Translations under genes and position numbers: made by a program
The notes under the pieces: generated by a model
The model's database searches: none
What the model was told of the DNA's origin: nothing
What the model saw: the letters and a program-made list of their open reading frames with translations, nothing else
Shown: in pieces, positions 29,175 to 36,991 of the stretch
How the letters are laid out: each line of letters starts with the position of its first letter
How positions within the stretch are numbered: the first letter of the stretch is position 1
Source of the DNA: a virus
IMG/VR virus record: IMGVR_UViG_3300031975_001631
Direction: 5' to 3' (one strand)
DNA length: 64,000 bases

Positions 29175-29518
29175 GTAGGTTACAACCCATAGTAGATGAA
29201 CTTATCGGTTTAGAACAACCAGAAGATATTTTCACTAAGATTATGGAAGTTTTAGACAATCTAGAAATTATTCCAGAAGGAGGAAAATTCTATACTTTTA
29301 TATACAAAGCAAAGACACCAAACATAAAATATGATGAGTTTCCACTAATTGCCTGCACTAGTGTAGATAAATGGGGATTCACTGGATTTAACTTTCATTG
29401 GAATCTAACAAGAAACTATACTTGGGAAGAATGCCAAAGTCAGTTATATGTTATTGAGGCTAATGAACTTGAAGATGCCAGATCTTTATCATATGCAAAA
29501 TTCAAAATGTCCACATAA
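29171..29518 (+). CDS. gp2: DNA end protector gp2-like protein
   Basis: FYTFIYKAK...YDEFPLI...GFTGFNFHW; overlaps the gp4 stop (ATGA). Confidence 0.7.
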   Translation: MSRLQPIVDELIGLEQPEDIFTKIMEVLDNLEIIPEGGKFYTFIYKAKTPNIKYDEFPLIACTSVDKWGFTGFNFHWNLTRNYTWEECQSQLYVIEANELEDARSLSYAKFKMST

Positions 29519-29537
29519 ATAACTAATAAAAAAACGG

Positions 29538-30461
29538 ATGGCTCATCCACAACTGCTTAGATATCCTCTCGATATTATAGACTCCACAACAGACTATATG
29601 TTTTTGGAGGTTATGGAATATGTGCCTTCAAAAGTACCTACTTTTGACCCAGGTAGTGGTAGAAGAAAACCGGGAACAGGAACTGATGTTTTTAAATCGG
29701 CAGGTACGAAAGCAAAACAAAGTATTATCTTACCAATACCAAATTCTATCGCATCAGTAAACAGAACTGGTTGGGGAGAAAGTAGAATATCTGCACTTGC
29801 TGGTTCAGGACTCAAGGCAGCAGGATTGTTAGTTGATGCAGCTACGGGTAAACTTCCTGAGGGTAGCAGTTTAGGTGAAACAGCTGCTGATTTTGCCGCC
29901 AGCGAAGCTTCAGGGTTGGGTGGCGGTACCGGTACTGGATTTGATTTGTATAGAAAATATTTTAAAACACAAGCTCAGAGAGCGATTGTTAATGCAGTTG
30001 CAGGAACTTCGATTGGATTAAATGATGTTCTTGGTAGACAAGAGGGTCAGATTATAAATCAAAATGTAGAACTACTGTTCAATAGTGTGTCTATTAGACC
30101 TTTTGGATTCAACTGGGATTTGACTCCTAGAAATATAAATGAGTCAAAATCAGTCCTACAAATCATAAAAACTCTTAAAAGGACATCTGCAGCAAAGTCA
30201 ATAAAAGGTAAAAACGCATTCTTACAAGCACCGGATGTTTTTAGACTCAGCTATAAGAAAGGAACTGCAGATCAAAAATATCTGAATAAATTTAAATTAT
30301 GTGCCCTAACAAGTGTTGGAGTAGATTACACGGGTTCTGGTATTCACGCAACATATAATGATGGGACACCGATTCATTATAGGTTGAATTTATCATTTAC
30401 TGAGCTTGAACCAGTATATGCCGAAGATTATGACGACAACTACAACGACGCAGGATTCTAA
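29538..30461 (+). CDS. gp48: Baseplate tail tube cap gp48
   Basis: LRYPLD, ILPIPNSI, NQNVELLF, RPFGFNWDL, FLQAPDVF, CALTSVGVDY, LSFTELEP. Confidence 0.9.
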   Translation: MAHPQLLRYPLDIIDSTTDYMFLEVMEYVPSKVPTFDPGSGRRKPGTGTDVFKSAGTKAKQSIILPIPNSIASVNRTGWGESRISALAGSGLKAAGLLVDAATGKLPEGSSLGETAADFAASEASGLGGGTGTGFDLYRKYFKTQAQRAIVNAVAGTSIGLNDVLGRQEGQIINQNVELLFNSVSIRPFGFNWDLTPRNINESKSVLQIIKTLKRTSAAKSIKGKNAFLQAPDVFRLSYKKGTADQKYLNKFKLCALTSVGVDYTGSGIHATYNDGTPIHYRLNLSFTELEPVYAEDYDDNYNDAGF

Positions 30462-31102
30462 TGGCTAGTCACTCATACTTCAATCTTTTACCAAACTTCC
30501 AATACCTCAACCCCAATCAATCTGGTGGTAGAAAGAAGCAATATGTAGAGGTAAAGAATCTTTTTACGCGAATGAAGATCAGAGACTCTGTTTCTGAGTT
30601 TGCAACTAACCTGACAAAATACGATATTGATGAAAATCAACGACCTGATGATGTCGCTAATGAATTATATGGCGATCCAAATTATGATTGGGTAGTTTTA
30701 TTGACTGCCAATATCATCAATGTCAGAGATGAATGGCCATTATCATCTAGACAACTATATGATGTTATGTATGACAAGTATGAGGAAAATCTAAATTCTA
30801 CTCGTCACTATGAGACAAAAGAAACAAAAGATTCTCAAGGAAGACTTTTAATTCCTGGCGGTCAGGTTGTTGATTCCACATTTAGAATCCCAAACCCAGA
30901 CTCTCCTGGTCAAGATATTAACCCAACTGTTGGAGTTTCTAATTGGCTAGTGGAAGTAAGAAAAAACAATAAAAAACGAACGATAAGAGTACTCAGAAGT
31001 GAATACTTAACATCGTTCGTTAATGAATTTAGAGATTTTCTAGAATATCAAGAATCTTCTCAGTTTGATCCTCAGACTGGAATTAAAATTGCTTCTGACT
31101 AA
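30461..31102 (+). CDS. gp53: Baseplate wedge subunit gp53
   Basis: YFNLLPNFQY, RPDDVANELYGDPNYDWVVLLTANI, RHYET. Confidence 0.92.
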   Translation: MASHSYFNLLPNFQYLNPNQSGGRKKQYVEVKNLFTRMKIRDSVSEFATNLTKYDIDENQRPDDVANELYGDPNYDWVVLLTANIINVRDEWPLSSRQLYDVMYDKYEENLNSTRHYETKETKDSQGRLLIPGGQVVDSTFRIPNPDSPGQDINPTVGVSNWLVEVRKNNKKRTIRVLRSEYLTSFVNEFRDFLEYQESSQFDPQTGIKIASD

Positions 31103-31503
31103 AGAAGTGCTTCTAGTTGTGATGCCGTAGTTGCAGAATTAATATCAGAATAGGGTACAACAGGATTATCTTTCAGTACTGGAGATTCTCCCTTCATTTC
31201 TGCTAGTGCTGTAATCTCTTGATTCTCGGTTCTGATCTGCAGATACCGACTTTCCAGCTCTTTCTGGCACAGATTTTTTGCACTTACAAGATCCACATCC
31301 ACAGCTGAATTTGAGTGGTTGTATTTCCATGCGTTTCTGAATACTGTAGAGGGCAATTCGGTATGAGAGATCATCGAGTACTCTGATGTAGGTACATCCT
31401 TAGAGATGATATCTATATCAGAGAGAATGCACTGATCTGACGGAATGACGACATTACAAAACCCGTCAGGGCCATTATAAACAATTACTTGAGTGCGTGA
31501 CAT
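31099..31503 (-). CDS. Hypothetical protein, possibly tail-fibre assembly type
   Basis: 134 aa ORF; KDVP...ELP...FRNAW motif. Confidence 0.6.
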   Translation of the reverse strand: MSRTQVIVYNGPDGFCNVVIPSDQCILSDIDIISKDVPTSEYSMISHTELPSTVFRNAWKYNHSNSAVDVDLVSAKNLCQKELESRYLQIRTENQEITALAEMKGESPVLKDNPVVPYSDINSATTASQLEALL

Positions 31504-31505
31504 TA

Positions 31506-31664
31506 TCAGGCAGAAACAACTACAATATTCTGAGCAGACGGGAAGAGTTGCGTTACTCTTGTTTCTGCCATACTAGCAGATTCAGCAATTACTTCAAGTC
31601 TTTGAGTATTGGTATTGTCACCATCATCGTATGTGACAATATATCTATTACCGGAGAAAGACAT
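31506..31664 (-). CDS. Small hypothetical protein, 52 aa (MSFSGNRYIVTYDDGDN...)
   Basis: Hand translation; downstream of late promoter TATAAATA. Confidence 0.7.
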   Translation of the reverse strand: MSFSGNRYIVTYDDGDNTNTQRLEVIAESASMAETRVTQLFPSAQNIVVVSA

Positions 31665-31686
31665 TTTTAGCTAGAAAAAAACTACG

Positions 31687-31705
31687 AAAGGGAGGTCTCC
31701 CTCCC
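31687..31705 (-). terminator. Rho-independent terminator after gp32
   Basis: GGGAGG-GAGA-CCTCCC stem with GNRA loop followed by TTT. Confidence 0.75.
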
Positions 31706-31707
31706 TA

Positions 31708-31715
31708 TATTTATA
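31708..31715 (-). promoter_or_regulatory. T4 late promoter TATAAATA
   Basis: Exact consensus immediately after the gp32 stop. Confidence 0.75.
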
Positions 31716-32597
31716 TCATTCCTCTGCAAGACGCTGGAAATAGGACAGAGCGTCATCATCTTCTGTAGATCCACCCATATCAACCTTACCGGCGATTGGG
31801 TCATTTACTACAGGTTGTGCTTCTTCATCCATAACCTCAGGGTCAGGAGCTTTAGGAGTAGAAGATCCAAGAACATAGTTCAAACGAGTCTTCAGTTCAT
31901 CATAGGATTTGAACTGAGAAGGATCAACTAACTCTGCAAGAGAATACTCTTTCTTCCAAATTGCTTCCATAGCATCATCATCATCCAGGAGAGGTGCTTG
32001 ACGAGCAAACTCACTAGAATCATAATTCCAGTAACCTGCAACTTTTTTGATTTTGATCTTAAAGTCGGCACCCTGCCAGAAGTCGAATGGGTTGATTGGT
32101 TCTTCGTCTTCAAACTCAGGTTGCATGGCAGACATAACCTTATCAAAGATCTTCTTACCAAACTTATAAAGGAAGACCCTACCCTCGTTATCAGGGTTTG
32201 CAGGATCTTTTACAACATAGATGTTGGAGTAGTAAGAAAGCTTACGCTTCTGCTTACGAGCAGTCTCTTTGTCAGAATCAATGCCACTGTTCCAGAGACT
32301 AGAATTGAGTTCGGAAACAGGATCTTTGGCACCACTAGTGGTCAAAGAGTTTTCAATATACCAACCACCAGGACCTTGGAAGGCATGGGAGTACATCTTT
32401 GCCCATGGGAGATCTTCACCATCAGGGGCAGGAAGAAAACGGATAACAGCATATCCATTGCCAGCTTTATCGACCTCTGGTTTCCAGAGACGCTCGTCAG
32501 CTGAGTTGCCACCCTTATTGGTTTTCTCTACTTCCTTAACCAGTTTAGCGGTTAGTGAACCAAGGGAGGACTGTTTTTTAAGTGATGCGAATGACAT
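31716..32597 (-). CDS. gp32: Single-stranded DNA binding protein gp32
   Basis: MSFASLKK, DERLWKP, GNGYAVIRFLP, WYIENSLTT, YKFGKKIFDK, acidic C-terminal tail. Confidence 0.97.
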   Translation of the reverse strand: MSFASLKKQSSLGSLTAKLVKEVEKTNKGGNSADERLWKPEVDKAGNGYAVIRFLPAPDGEDLPWAKMYSHAFQGPGGWYIENSLTTSGAKDPVSELNSSLWNSGIDSDKETARKQKRKLSYYSNIYVVKDPANPDNEGRVFLYKFGKKIFDKVMSAMQPEFEDEEPINPFDFWQGADFKIKIKKVAGYWNYDSSEFARQAPLLDDDDAMEAIWKKEYSLAELVDPSQFKSYDELKTRLNYVLGSSTPKAPDPEVMDEEAQPVVNDPIAGKVDMGGSTEDDDALSYFQRLAEE

Positions 32598-32637
32598 TAG
32601 ATTTGGCCTGTAATTGGATTTGGCTTGTTACTGGTCT

Positions 32638-32667
32638 ATTATAGGGCGACAGTGCTCCCATTGTCAA
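32638..32667 (-). promoter_or_regulatory. Sigma70-type early promoter for gp32
   Basis: TTGACA-N18-TATAAT. Confidence 0.8.
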
Positions 32668-32993
32668 GAGATCTGCTCTCTGACTTTTGTTAAGGTTTTC
32701 TGCATGTTGCCGAAAAGGACTGCACAATCAACATCTTTGGGGAACCCCATCATGATAGCTGATTTGCGGACACTCTCACGCATTTCTTGTGCGCGAGGAT
32801 CATCAGACAGTGACATTCTCGTATACAGAATTCTCTGTTTTTCTAATAGTAGATCGAGTTTATCGATATGCTCAATTTTCTCTTCACGATCTAATTCGCC
32901 AAAAGAAAATACTTCAGTGTAGATTTCTTCCTGAAGTTCATTAATTTCCTGTAACTCCTCTTGAACAAGTTCTGAGTCGAAAAAATCTGACAT
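32664..32993 (-). CDS. Conserved cyanophage protein (DUF1825-like)
   Basis: MSDFFDSELVQEEL...LLEKQRILYTRMSLSDDP. Confidence 0.75.
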   Translation of the reverse strand: MSDFFDSELVQEELQEINELQEEIYTEVFSFGELDREEKIEHIDKLDLLLEKQRILYTRMSLSDDPRAQEMRESVRKSAIMMGFPKDVDCAVLFGNMQKTLTKVREQIS

Positions 32994-33016
32994 CTTTCTA
33001 ATTTACCTTGGCTTAT

Positions 33017-33271
33017 TTAGAGAGGCAACTTTGCTCTAGTGGTCTTCTTCATAAAATTAAGATCTTGAGCATCACGCTTCAATTTCTCTTTCAATGGCTT
33101 TGAAATTAACTTACTAATTGAGTCTATTTCAATACCATTCTCCTCACAGAAAAGCACAATGGCTTCAATGTAATTCATTTTTTCTTTTAGTACAAGAGTC
33201 TCTATTTCTAAAGAGAACTTTGCAGCATTCATGAACTTTTTGCCCAATGCCTTTGTTAATTCATTTTCCAT
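33017..33271 (-). CDS. gp33: Late transcription coactivator gp33
   Basis: FSLEIE...NYIEAIVLFCEENGIEID...LISKPLKEKL. Confidence 0.9.
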   Translation of the reverse strand: MENELTKALGKKFMNAAKFSLEIETLVLKEKMNYIEAIVLFCEENGIEIDSISKLISKPLKEKLKRDAQDLNFMKKTTRAKLPL

Positions 33272-33920
33272 TTAAGTGATACTCCGCGAAGTTTCTGATG
33301 TATTTGGTAAGTAACTTCATGTACTTAAGTTTATCATATTCTTGATACACTTTGCAAGACCCATCTTCACATGCCATGATAATGACAAATTTTTTGACAG
33401 GTGTGCCAGTCAGTTCATAGTACATACAAGCATAAGCAGCACATTGAACAAGATAACCTTCAATCCACTTATATGGTTTAGGTTTTGCCGATGTTTTAAA
33501 GTCAATAACTGCTAATTCACCATCATACTCAGCGATACAATCTACAGTTCCAGCAACTCCTAATTGCTCACTATACAAAGATCCTTCTAGAGTGTGAATG
33601 TTACTAATCCGATTTAGATCGGGTTTGGCAATTTTAAACAAAAATTCAGGAAGAGGCTTTACCTTGGGGAGATCATCATTCTTTAGATAATGCTCTGTAA
33701 GAGTGTGCATATCTGTACCACGACTCGTAGAGAGTTTAGTCTTTAGATTTGCTGCTTCTTCTCCAACTCTTTTCCGCCATTTGATGAAAATTTCTCTATT
33801 ATAAAAACTGATAATAGAGGTAATGGATACCATCTTTGTGTCAGGTGTTTCATAATATCGTACACCATCAATGGTGTTCCTCTCTAACCGAGGAAGTTCA
33901 ATTTCAAGATGATTAAACAT
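33261..33920 (-). CDS. PD-(D/E)xK exonuclease
   Basis: SRGTDMH, EGSLYS, AGTVDCIAEY, VIDFKTS, QCAAYA. Confidence 0.85.
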   Translation of the reverse strand: MFNHLEIELPRLERNTIDGVRYYETPDTKMVSITSIISFYNREIFIKWRKRVGEEAANLKTKLSTSRGTDMHTLTEHYLKNDDLPKVKPLPEFLFKIAKPDLNRISNIHTLEGSLYSEQLGVAGTVDCIAEYDGELAVIDFKTSAKPKPYKWIEGYLVQCAAYACMYYELTGTPVKKFVIIMACEDGSCKVYQEYDKLKYMKLLTKYIRNFAEYHLNGK

Positions 33921-34672
33921 TACATACCGAGTGCCAATTTAGTAGCAAGATATTCTTTACAGAGACCAGAACGAACAATATCATCAACACCAAATTCAAT
34001 TGATGCGAATGATGGCATTTGCTCTAGAATCTTCATAAAGTCTAGGATGCCATTTTTTTCGTAAGTCTTAGTCAAATCAGTCTGGGTAGCATCACCACAG
34101 AAATGAATTTTAGAATTCTCCCCAACTCTAGTGATTATACTATCAAGTTCATGAAAATTCAAGTTTTGGCATTCGTCTACAATGACAATTGCATCATCAA
34201 GAGTAGTTCCACGAATGAATGATGTTGACCAGAAAGAAATAGTCTCTTGCTGCTTTAGATTGCCATACAACATCTCAAAGTCAGAATCAGTAGGCATCTC
34301 AAACATATATTTTACCATATTCTTATAAGGAATTTGGTAAAGAGCTGACTTATCCTCATGATCTCCGGGAAGGAAACCAATTTCTCTAGTGGATACTAAA
34401 GAACGGACAATATAGATTTTTTGATAAGGAGAGTATTCGTCAAGAACATCTTTAATAGCATTATACAGTACGATAAAGGTTTTGCCCGTACCAGCTGCTC
34501 CATAAGCAAAAATATTTTTCCCCTGAGAATAGTCCTTGAATAGGGTTTCTTGATTATCTGTTAAGGGTTGAATATCAACCAGGAAGTCCGTATTAATAGG
34601 TTTCTTCCTTCTCATCTGCTTACTGGTCATTCCAGCACCGGCACTTGGATCGGACTTTCTCTTCCTAGGCAT
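33920..34672 (-). CDS. phoH: PhoH family ATPase
   Basis: GAAGTGKT Walker A, GFLPG, RGTT, IVDECQN, GDATQTD, DIVRS. Confidence 0.96.
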   Translation of the reverse strand: MPRKRKSDPSAGAGMTSKQMRRKKPINTDFLVDIQPLTDNQETLFKDYSQGKNIFAYGAAGTGKTFIVLYNAIKDVLDEYSPYQKIYIVRSLVSTREIGFLPGDHEDKSALYQIPYKNMVKYMFEMPTDSDFEMLYGNLKQQETISFWSTSFIRGTTLDDAIVIVDECQNLNFHELDSIITRVGENSKIHFCGDATQTDLTKTYEKNGILDFMKILEQMPSFASIEFGVDDIVRSGLCKEYLATKLALGM

Positions 34673-34675
34673 AAT

Positions 34676-34930
34676 TTAGTCTAAAGTGAGTTTTTGGCAG
34701 TTTTTACCAGTTTTTTGTGCATTAGCTAATACTTCATTCCAACCGGGTTTAGATTTAAGAAGTTTATCTTTCCATTCTCCAACTTCACCAACACCGGGCA
34801 TGGTTGATGGATCAGAATAATCACGAGTCCAGTCAGGATTATCTTCACGCCAGGAGTCCCAAGCATGAACACTCATCACTACTTCTTTTTGTTCACCGGT
34901 TTCTTTGTGTACTACAGGATAAGTTGCCAT
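34676..34930 (-). CDS. Conserved cyanophage hypothetical protein (MATYPV...)
   Basis: 84 aa ORF typical of the gene upstream of phoH. Confidence 0.75.
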   Translation of the reverse strand: MATYPVVHKETGEQKEVVMSVHAWDSWREDNPDWTRDYSDPSTMPGVGEVGEWKDKLLKSKPGWNEVLANAQKTGKNCQKLTLD

Positions 34931-34956
34931 ATCAAAATATTATGCGAAGTTATTTA

Positions 34957-35595
34957 TCAAAACCAATTGAGTGCCTTGCCGACAGTAGGATATTGTTCGC
35001 AGAAAATACTCTTAGCCTGAACTGCGATATCCATATGTTCTTTCTGAGTACCATGAGCACTTCTAAGATCTATATAATGCACCCACGAGCGACATGAGCC
35101 TGTCATATAGATTCTTGTGGGGGTTGCTAAGGGAAGCACCATTCTAGCGCACTCCTTGGCGATTCCAGCGTCTAGCATGGTCTGATATAGATCCATACCT
35201 TCAGTAAAGTATTTCTGTATAGCAATCTCAAAAGTTTGTCTTTTAAATGCATCAACATTGTCAAGACTATTTTGGCGATTCTTGTAATCTTGGCCACGCA
35301 ATTCAGGAATAGGAATACTACTAGCTAACATAGAACTGTCAGCATATCTTTGTGAAAATTCCTGGAATGTAAAAGAACGGTGACGAAGCACTTGAGCTGC
35401 GATTGCCCTAGAAGTTTCAATTTCTAAAGTCATGTATGCTTGCTCAAACACAGACCAATGTCCATGATTAATACAATACTTTAAGAGACCTTCAAAGCTA
35501 GGATTATCCTGATTATTAGGATTTGAAACCCTTGCTATGTACGCCATCGTCTCCTCTGGATTCGGAGTCGATTGAACTAGTCTCACTTTTTCCAT
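34957..35595 (-). CDS. thyX: Flavin-dependent thymidylate synthase
   Basis: GHWSVFE, QVLRHRSFTFQEFSQRY, KECARMVLP, AHGTQKEH. Confidence 0.97.
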   Translation of the reverse strand: MEKVRLVQSTPNPEETMAYIARVSNPNNQDNPSFEGLLKYCINHGHWSVFEQAYMTLEIETSRAIAAQVLRHRSFTFQEFSQRYADSSMLASSIPIPELRGQDYKNRQNSLDNVDAFKRQTFEIAIQKYFTEGMDLYQTMLDAGIAKECARMVLPLATPTRIYMTGSCRSWVHYIDLRSAHGTQKEHMDIAVQAKSIFCEQYPTVGKALNWF

Positions 35596-35737
35596 GATTT
35601 CCTTTCAGTTGTTTTAATTTTAATCCCTTTTTAGCAACTTTCCTTGCTTTCTTCATATACAAAAGTTCTTCATCTGTATATAACCAAGGTTGTTTAAGTG
35701 CTTCCTTGGTTAACCGAATTGTATCCTTCATCCGCAT
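35516..35737 (-). CDS. Small basic hypothetical protein
   Basis: KEALKQPWLYTDEELLYMKKA motif; overlaps the thyX start. Confidence 0.65.
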   Translation of the reverse strand: MRMKDTIRLTKEALKQPWLYTDEELLYMKKARKVAKKGLKLKQLKGNHGKSETSSIDSESRGDDGVHSKGFKS

Positions 35738-35966
35738 AGTAGACCTCGTAGTATTTTAGTAGTCCGTGAGTTATCATATTTCCTTGGGATACCCAATCAT
35801 GAGCACATTCATATATGCTCTGGTTTGAATATTTAGGAGATCCATCTGGATTCAACTCACTACCAAAATTCTTCAAAAGGATTGATAGAGCAGAGTTTCT
35901 AACTTGCATTTTTTCTGGAGTATATCTCCAGTCAGTCTGCATATCCGTCATCGTCTCCGTCTCCAA
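35694..35966 (-). CDS. Hypothetical protein
   Basis: ORF track; DWRY...SIYECAHDWVSQGN; start may be an internal ATG. Confidence 0.65.
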   Translation of the reverse strand: METETMTDMQTDWRYTPEKMQVRNSALSILLKNFGSELNPDGSPKYSNQSIYECAHDWVSQGNMITHGLLKYYEVYYADEGYNSVNQGST

Positions 35967-36102
35967 AGTATTCTACTGGATCATCATAGTTTTCGCGCTT
36001 ATCTTGTTGATAAGCTTCTGCATCGGAGAACACTTCAGATTCTAGTTCTTGCACCAATGCTTTCATGGTCAAGACCAAACCCTTTAAAACTTGTCTGTCC
36101 AT
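35932..36102 (-). CDS. Small acidic hypothetical protein, 56 aa (MDRQVLKGLVLTMKALVQELESEVFSD...)
   Basis: Hand translation; directly downstream of a sigma70 promoter. Confidence 0.75.
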   Translation of the reverse strand: MDRQVLKGLVLTMKALVQELESEVFSDAEAYQQDKRENYDDPVEYFGDGDDDGYAD

Positions 36103-36122
36103 AAAAGAATGAGGTTTTGATC

Positions 36123-36151
36123 ATTATACACAAAAAAAGAGGACTCGTCAA
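36123..36151 (-). promoter_or_regulatory. Sigma70-type promoter overlapping a terminator
   Basis: TTGACG-N17-TATAAT. Confidence 0.75.
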
Positions 36152-36162
36152 GAGTCCTCTTT
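36131..36162 (-). terminator. Rho-independent terminator after the DUF4278 peptide
   Basis: AGAGGACTC-TTGAC-GAGTCCTCT stem plus T-tract. Confidence 0.8.
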
Positions 36163-36181
36163 AATTCGTCCAATCTAGTAC

Positions 36182-36325
36182 TCAGCTTTTTGATGCGAAC
36201 TTACGCTCAACTTTAATACCACGATACATTAATTCGTGATTTTGACGAGCAGTTTGCTCCTCAATTACTTTTGCTTTGTACTGGTCTGCGTCATACTTGA
36301 CGCCACGGTATGTGATTGTAGACAT
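36182..36325 (-). CDS. DUF4278-like YRG peptide, 47 aa (MSTITYRGVKYD...ELMYRGIKVERKFASKS)
   Basis: Hand translation; two YRG motifs; AGGAG Shine-Dalgarno; lies downstream of a glutamine-riboswitch-like RNA. Confidence 0.8.
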   Translation of the reverse strand: MSTITYRGVKYDADQYKAKVIEEQTARQNHELMYRGIKVERKFASKS

Positions 36326-36386
36326 CGGTTTACTCCTGAAGTTGGGTGAAAATTAACCTTCTCAGCTTTCGCTGGATCCGTTTTTT

Positions 36387-36575
36387 CCCGTTCCTTCAGT
36401 CGTGTGCGTCCCAATACCACCGACACTCTGGTGCTGAGTCCTTAAGGGTCTCAACCAACTCAACCTTAACTTGATTGCTAAGGTTTTGATTATTCTCAAT
36501 CTTCAGCATGATAGCATCAGTTTGAGTACAGGTGAGTGTTGTGTAGAATAATACTTCTAACATGGGATGAACGAC
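36387..36575 (-). ncRNA. Glutamine riboswitch-like aptamer 2 (Downstream-peptide/glnA class) with an ORF inside its P2 loop
   Basis: 5' half GTCGTTCATCCC (36575-36564) and 3' half GGGACGCACACGACTGAAGGAACGGG (36412-36387); CGTTC/GAACG and TCCC/GGGA complementarity. Confidence 0.6.
36396..36563 (-). CDS. Small protein, 55 aa (MLEVLFYTTLTCTQTDAIMLKIENNQNLSNQVKVELVETLKDSAPECRWYWDAHD)
   Basis: Hand translation; two Cys; ATG directly follows the 5' half of aptamer 2. Confidence 0.75.
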   Translation of the reverse strand: MLEVLFYTTLTCTQTDAIMLKIENNQNLSNQVKVELVETLKDSAPECRWYWDAHD

Positions 36576-36621
36576 TCCGTTCCGCGACTTACTTGCGTCC
36601 AGATTGCTCTGGATGAACGAC
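36576..36621 (-). ncRNA. Glutamine riboswitch-like aptamer 1 (compact)
   Basis: GTCGTTCA-TCCAGA-GCAA-TCTGGA-CGCAAGTAAGTCGC-GGAACGGA: P1 CGTTC/GAACG, P2 with GNRA loop. Confidence 0.6.
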
Positions 36622-36627
36622 AGGTCT

Positions 36628-36657
36628 ATTATAGACCACTATCATTATTTATGTCAA
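36628..36657 (-). promoter_or_regulatory. Sigma70 promoter with embedded late-promoter box and a palindrome over the -10
   Basis: TTGACA-N18-TATAAT; spacer begins TAAATA; GGTCTA-TAA-TAGACC. Confidence 0.8.
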
Positions 36658-36667
36658 CCCTATAGGG

Positions 36668-36697
36668 CAAAAAAAACCCGGAGATTTTTTCCCCGGA
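36668..36697 (-). terminator. Rho-independent terminator
   Basis: CCGGGG-AAAAAAT-CTCCGG plus T8. Confidence 0.65.
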
Positions 36698-36718
36698 TTC
36701 TTGAAAATAAAAGTCAAA

Positions 36719-36991
36719 TTACTTTTTAGACTCTTTATTTTTACTTTTATACCCATACATCTTTGGGTTGACTTTCCCATCAGTCTGAGTCCAACCCTTT
36801 AATCCATGCTTATATTCGTCGTAATAATAATCAAAAAGATCTACTTGTTTGTAGGATGAGGCAATATCATACTTTTTATGTCCCTCAGAGTCATAGTATT
36901 CGATTAAAAAAGCCGAGTATGGCAAAGATTTATCTTTTGCCAACTCGGGATCGCAATCCTTATGTAGGATGGTTACTCTTTCGTTGTTCAA
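36719..36991 (-). CDS. Conserved cyanophage hypothetical protein
   Basis: ILHKDCDP...LPYSAFLIEY...DLFDYYYD. Confidence 0.75.
   Translation of the reverse strand: MNNERVTILHKDCDPELAKDKSLPYSAFLIEYYDSEGHKKYDIASSYKQVDLFDYYYDEYKHGLKGWTQTDGKVNPKMYGYKSKNKESKK

Noticed and set aside
31998-32922. Plus-strand ORFs opposite gp32 and its upstream gene
   Set aside because: Antisense to highly conserved core genes; no motif or RBS support
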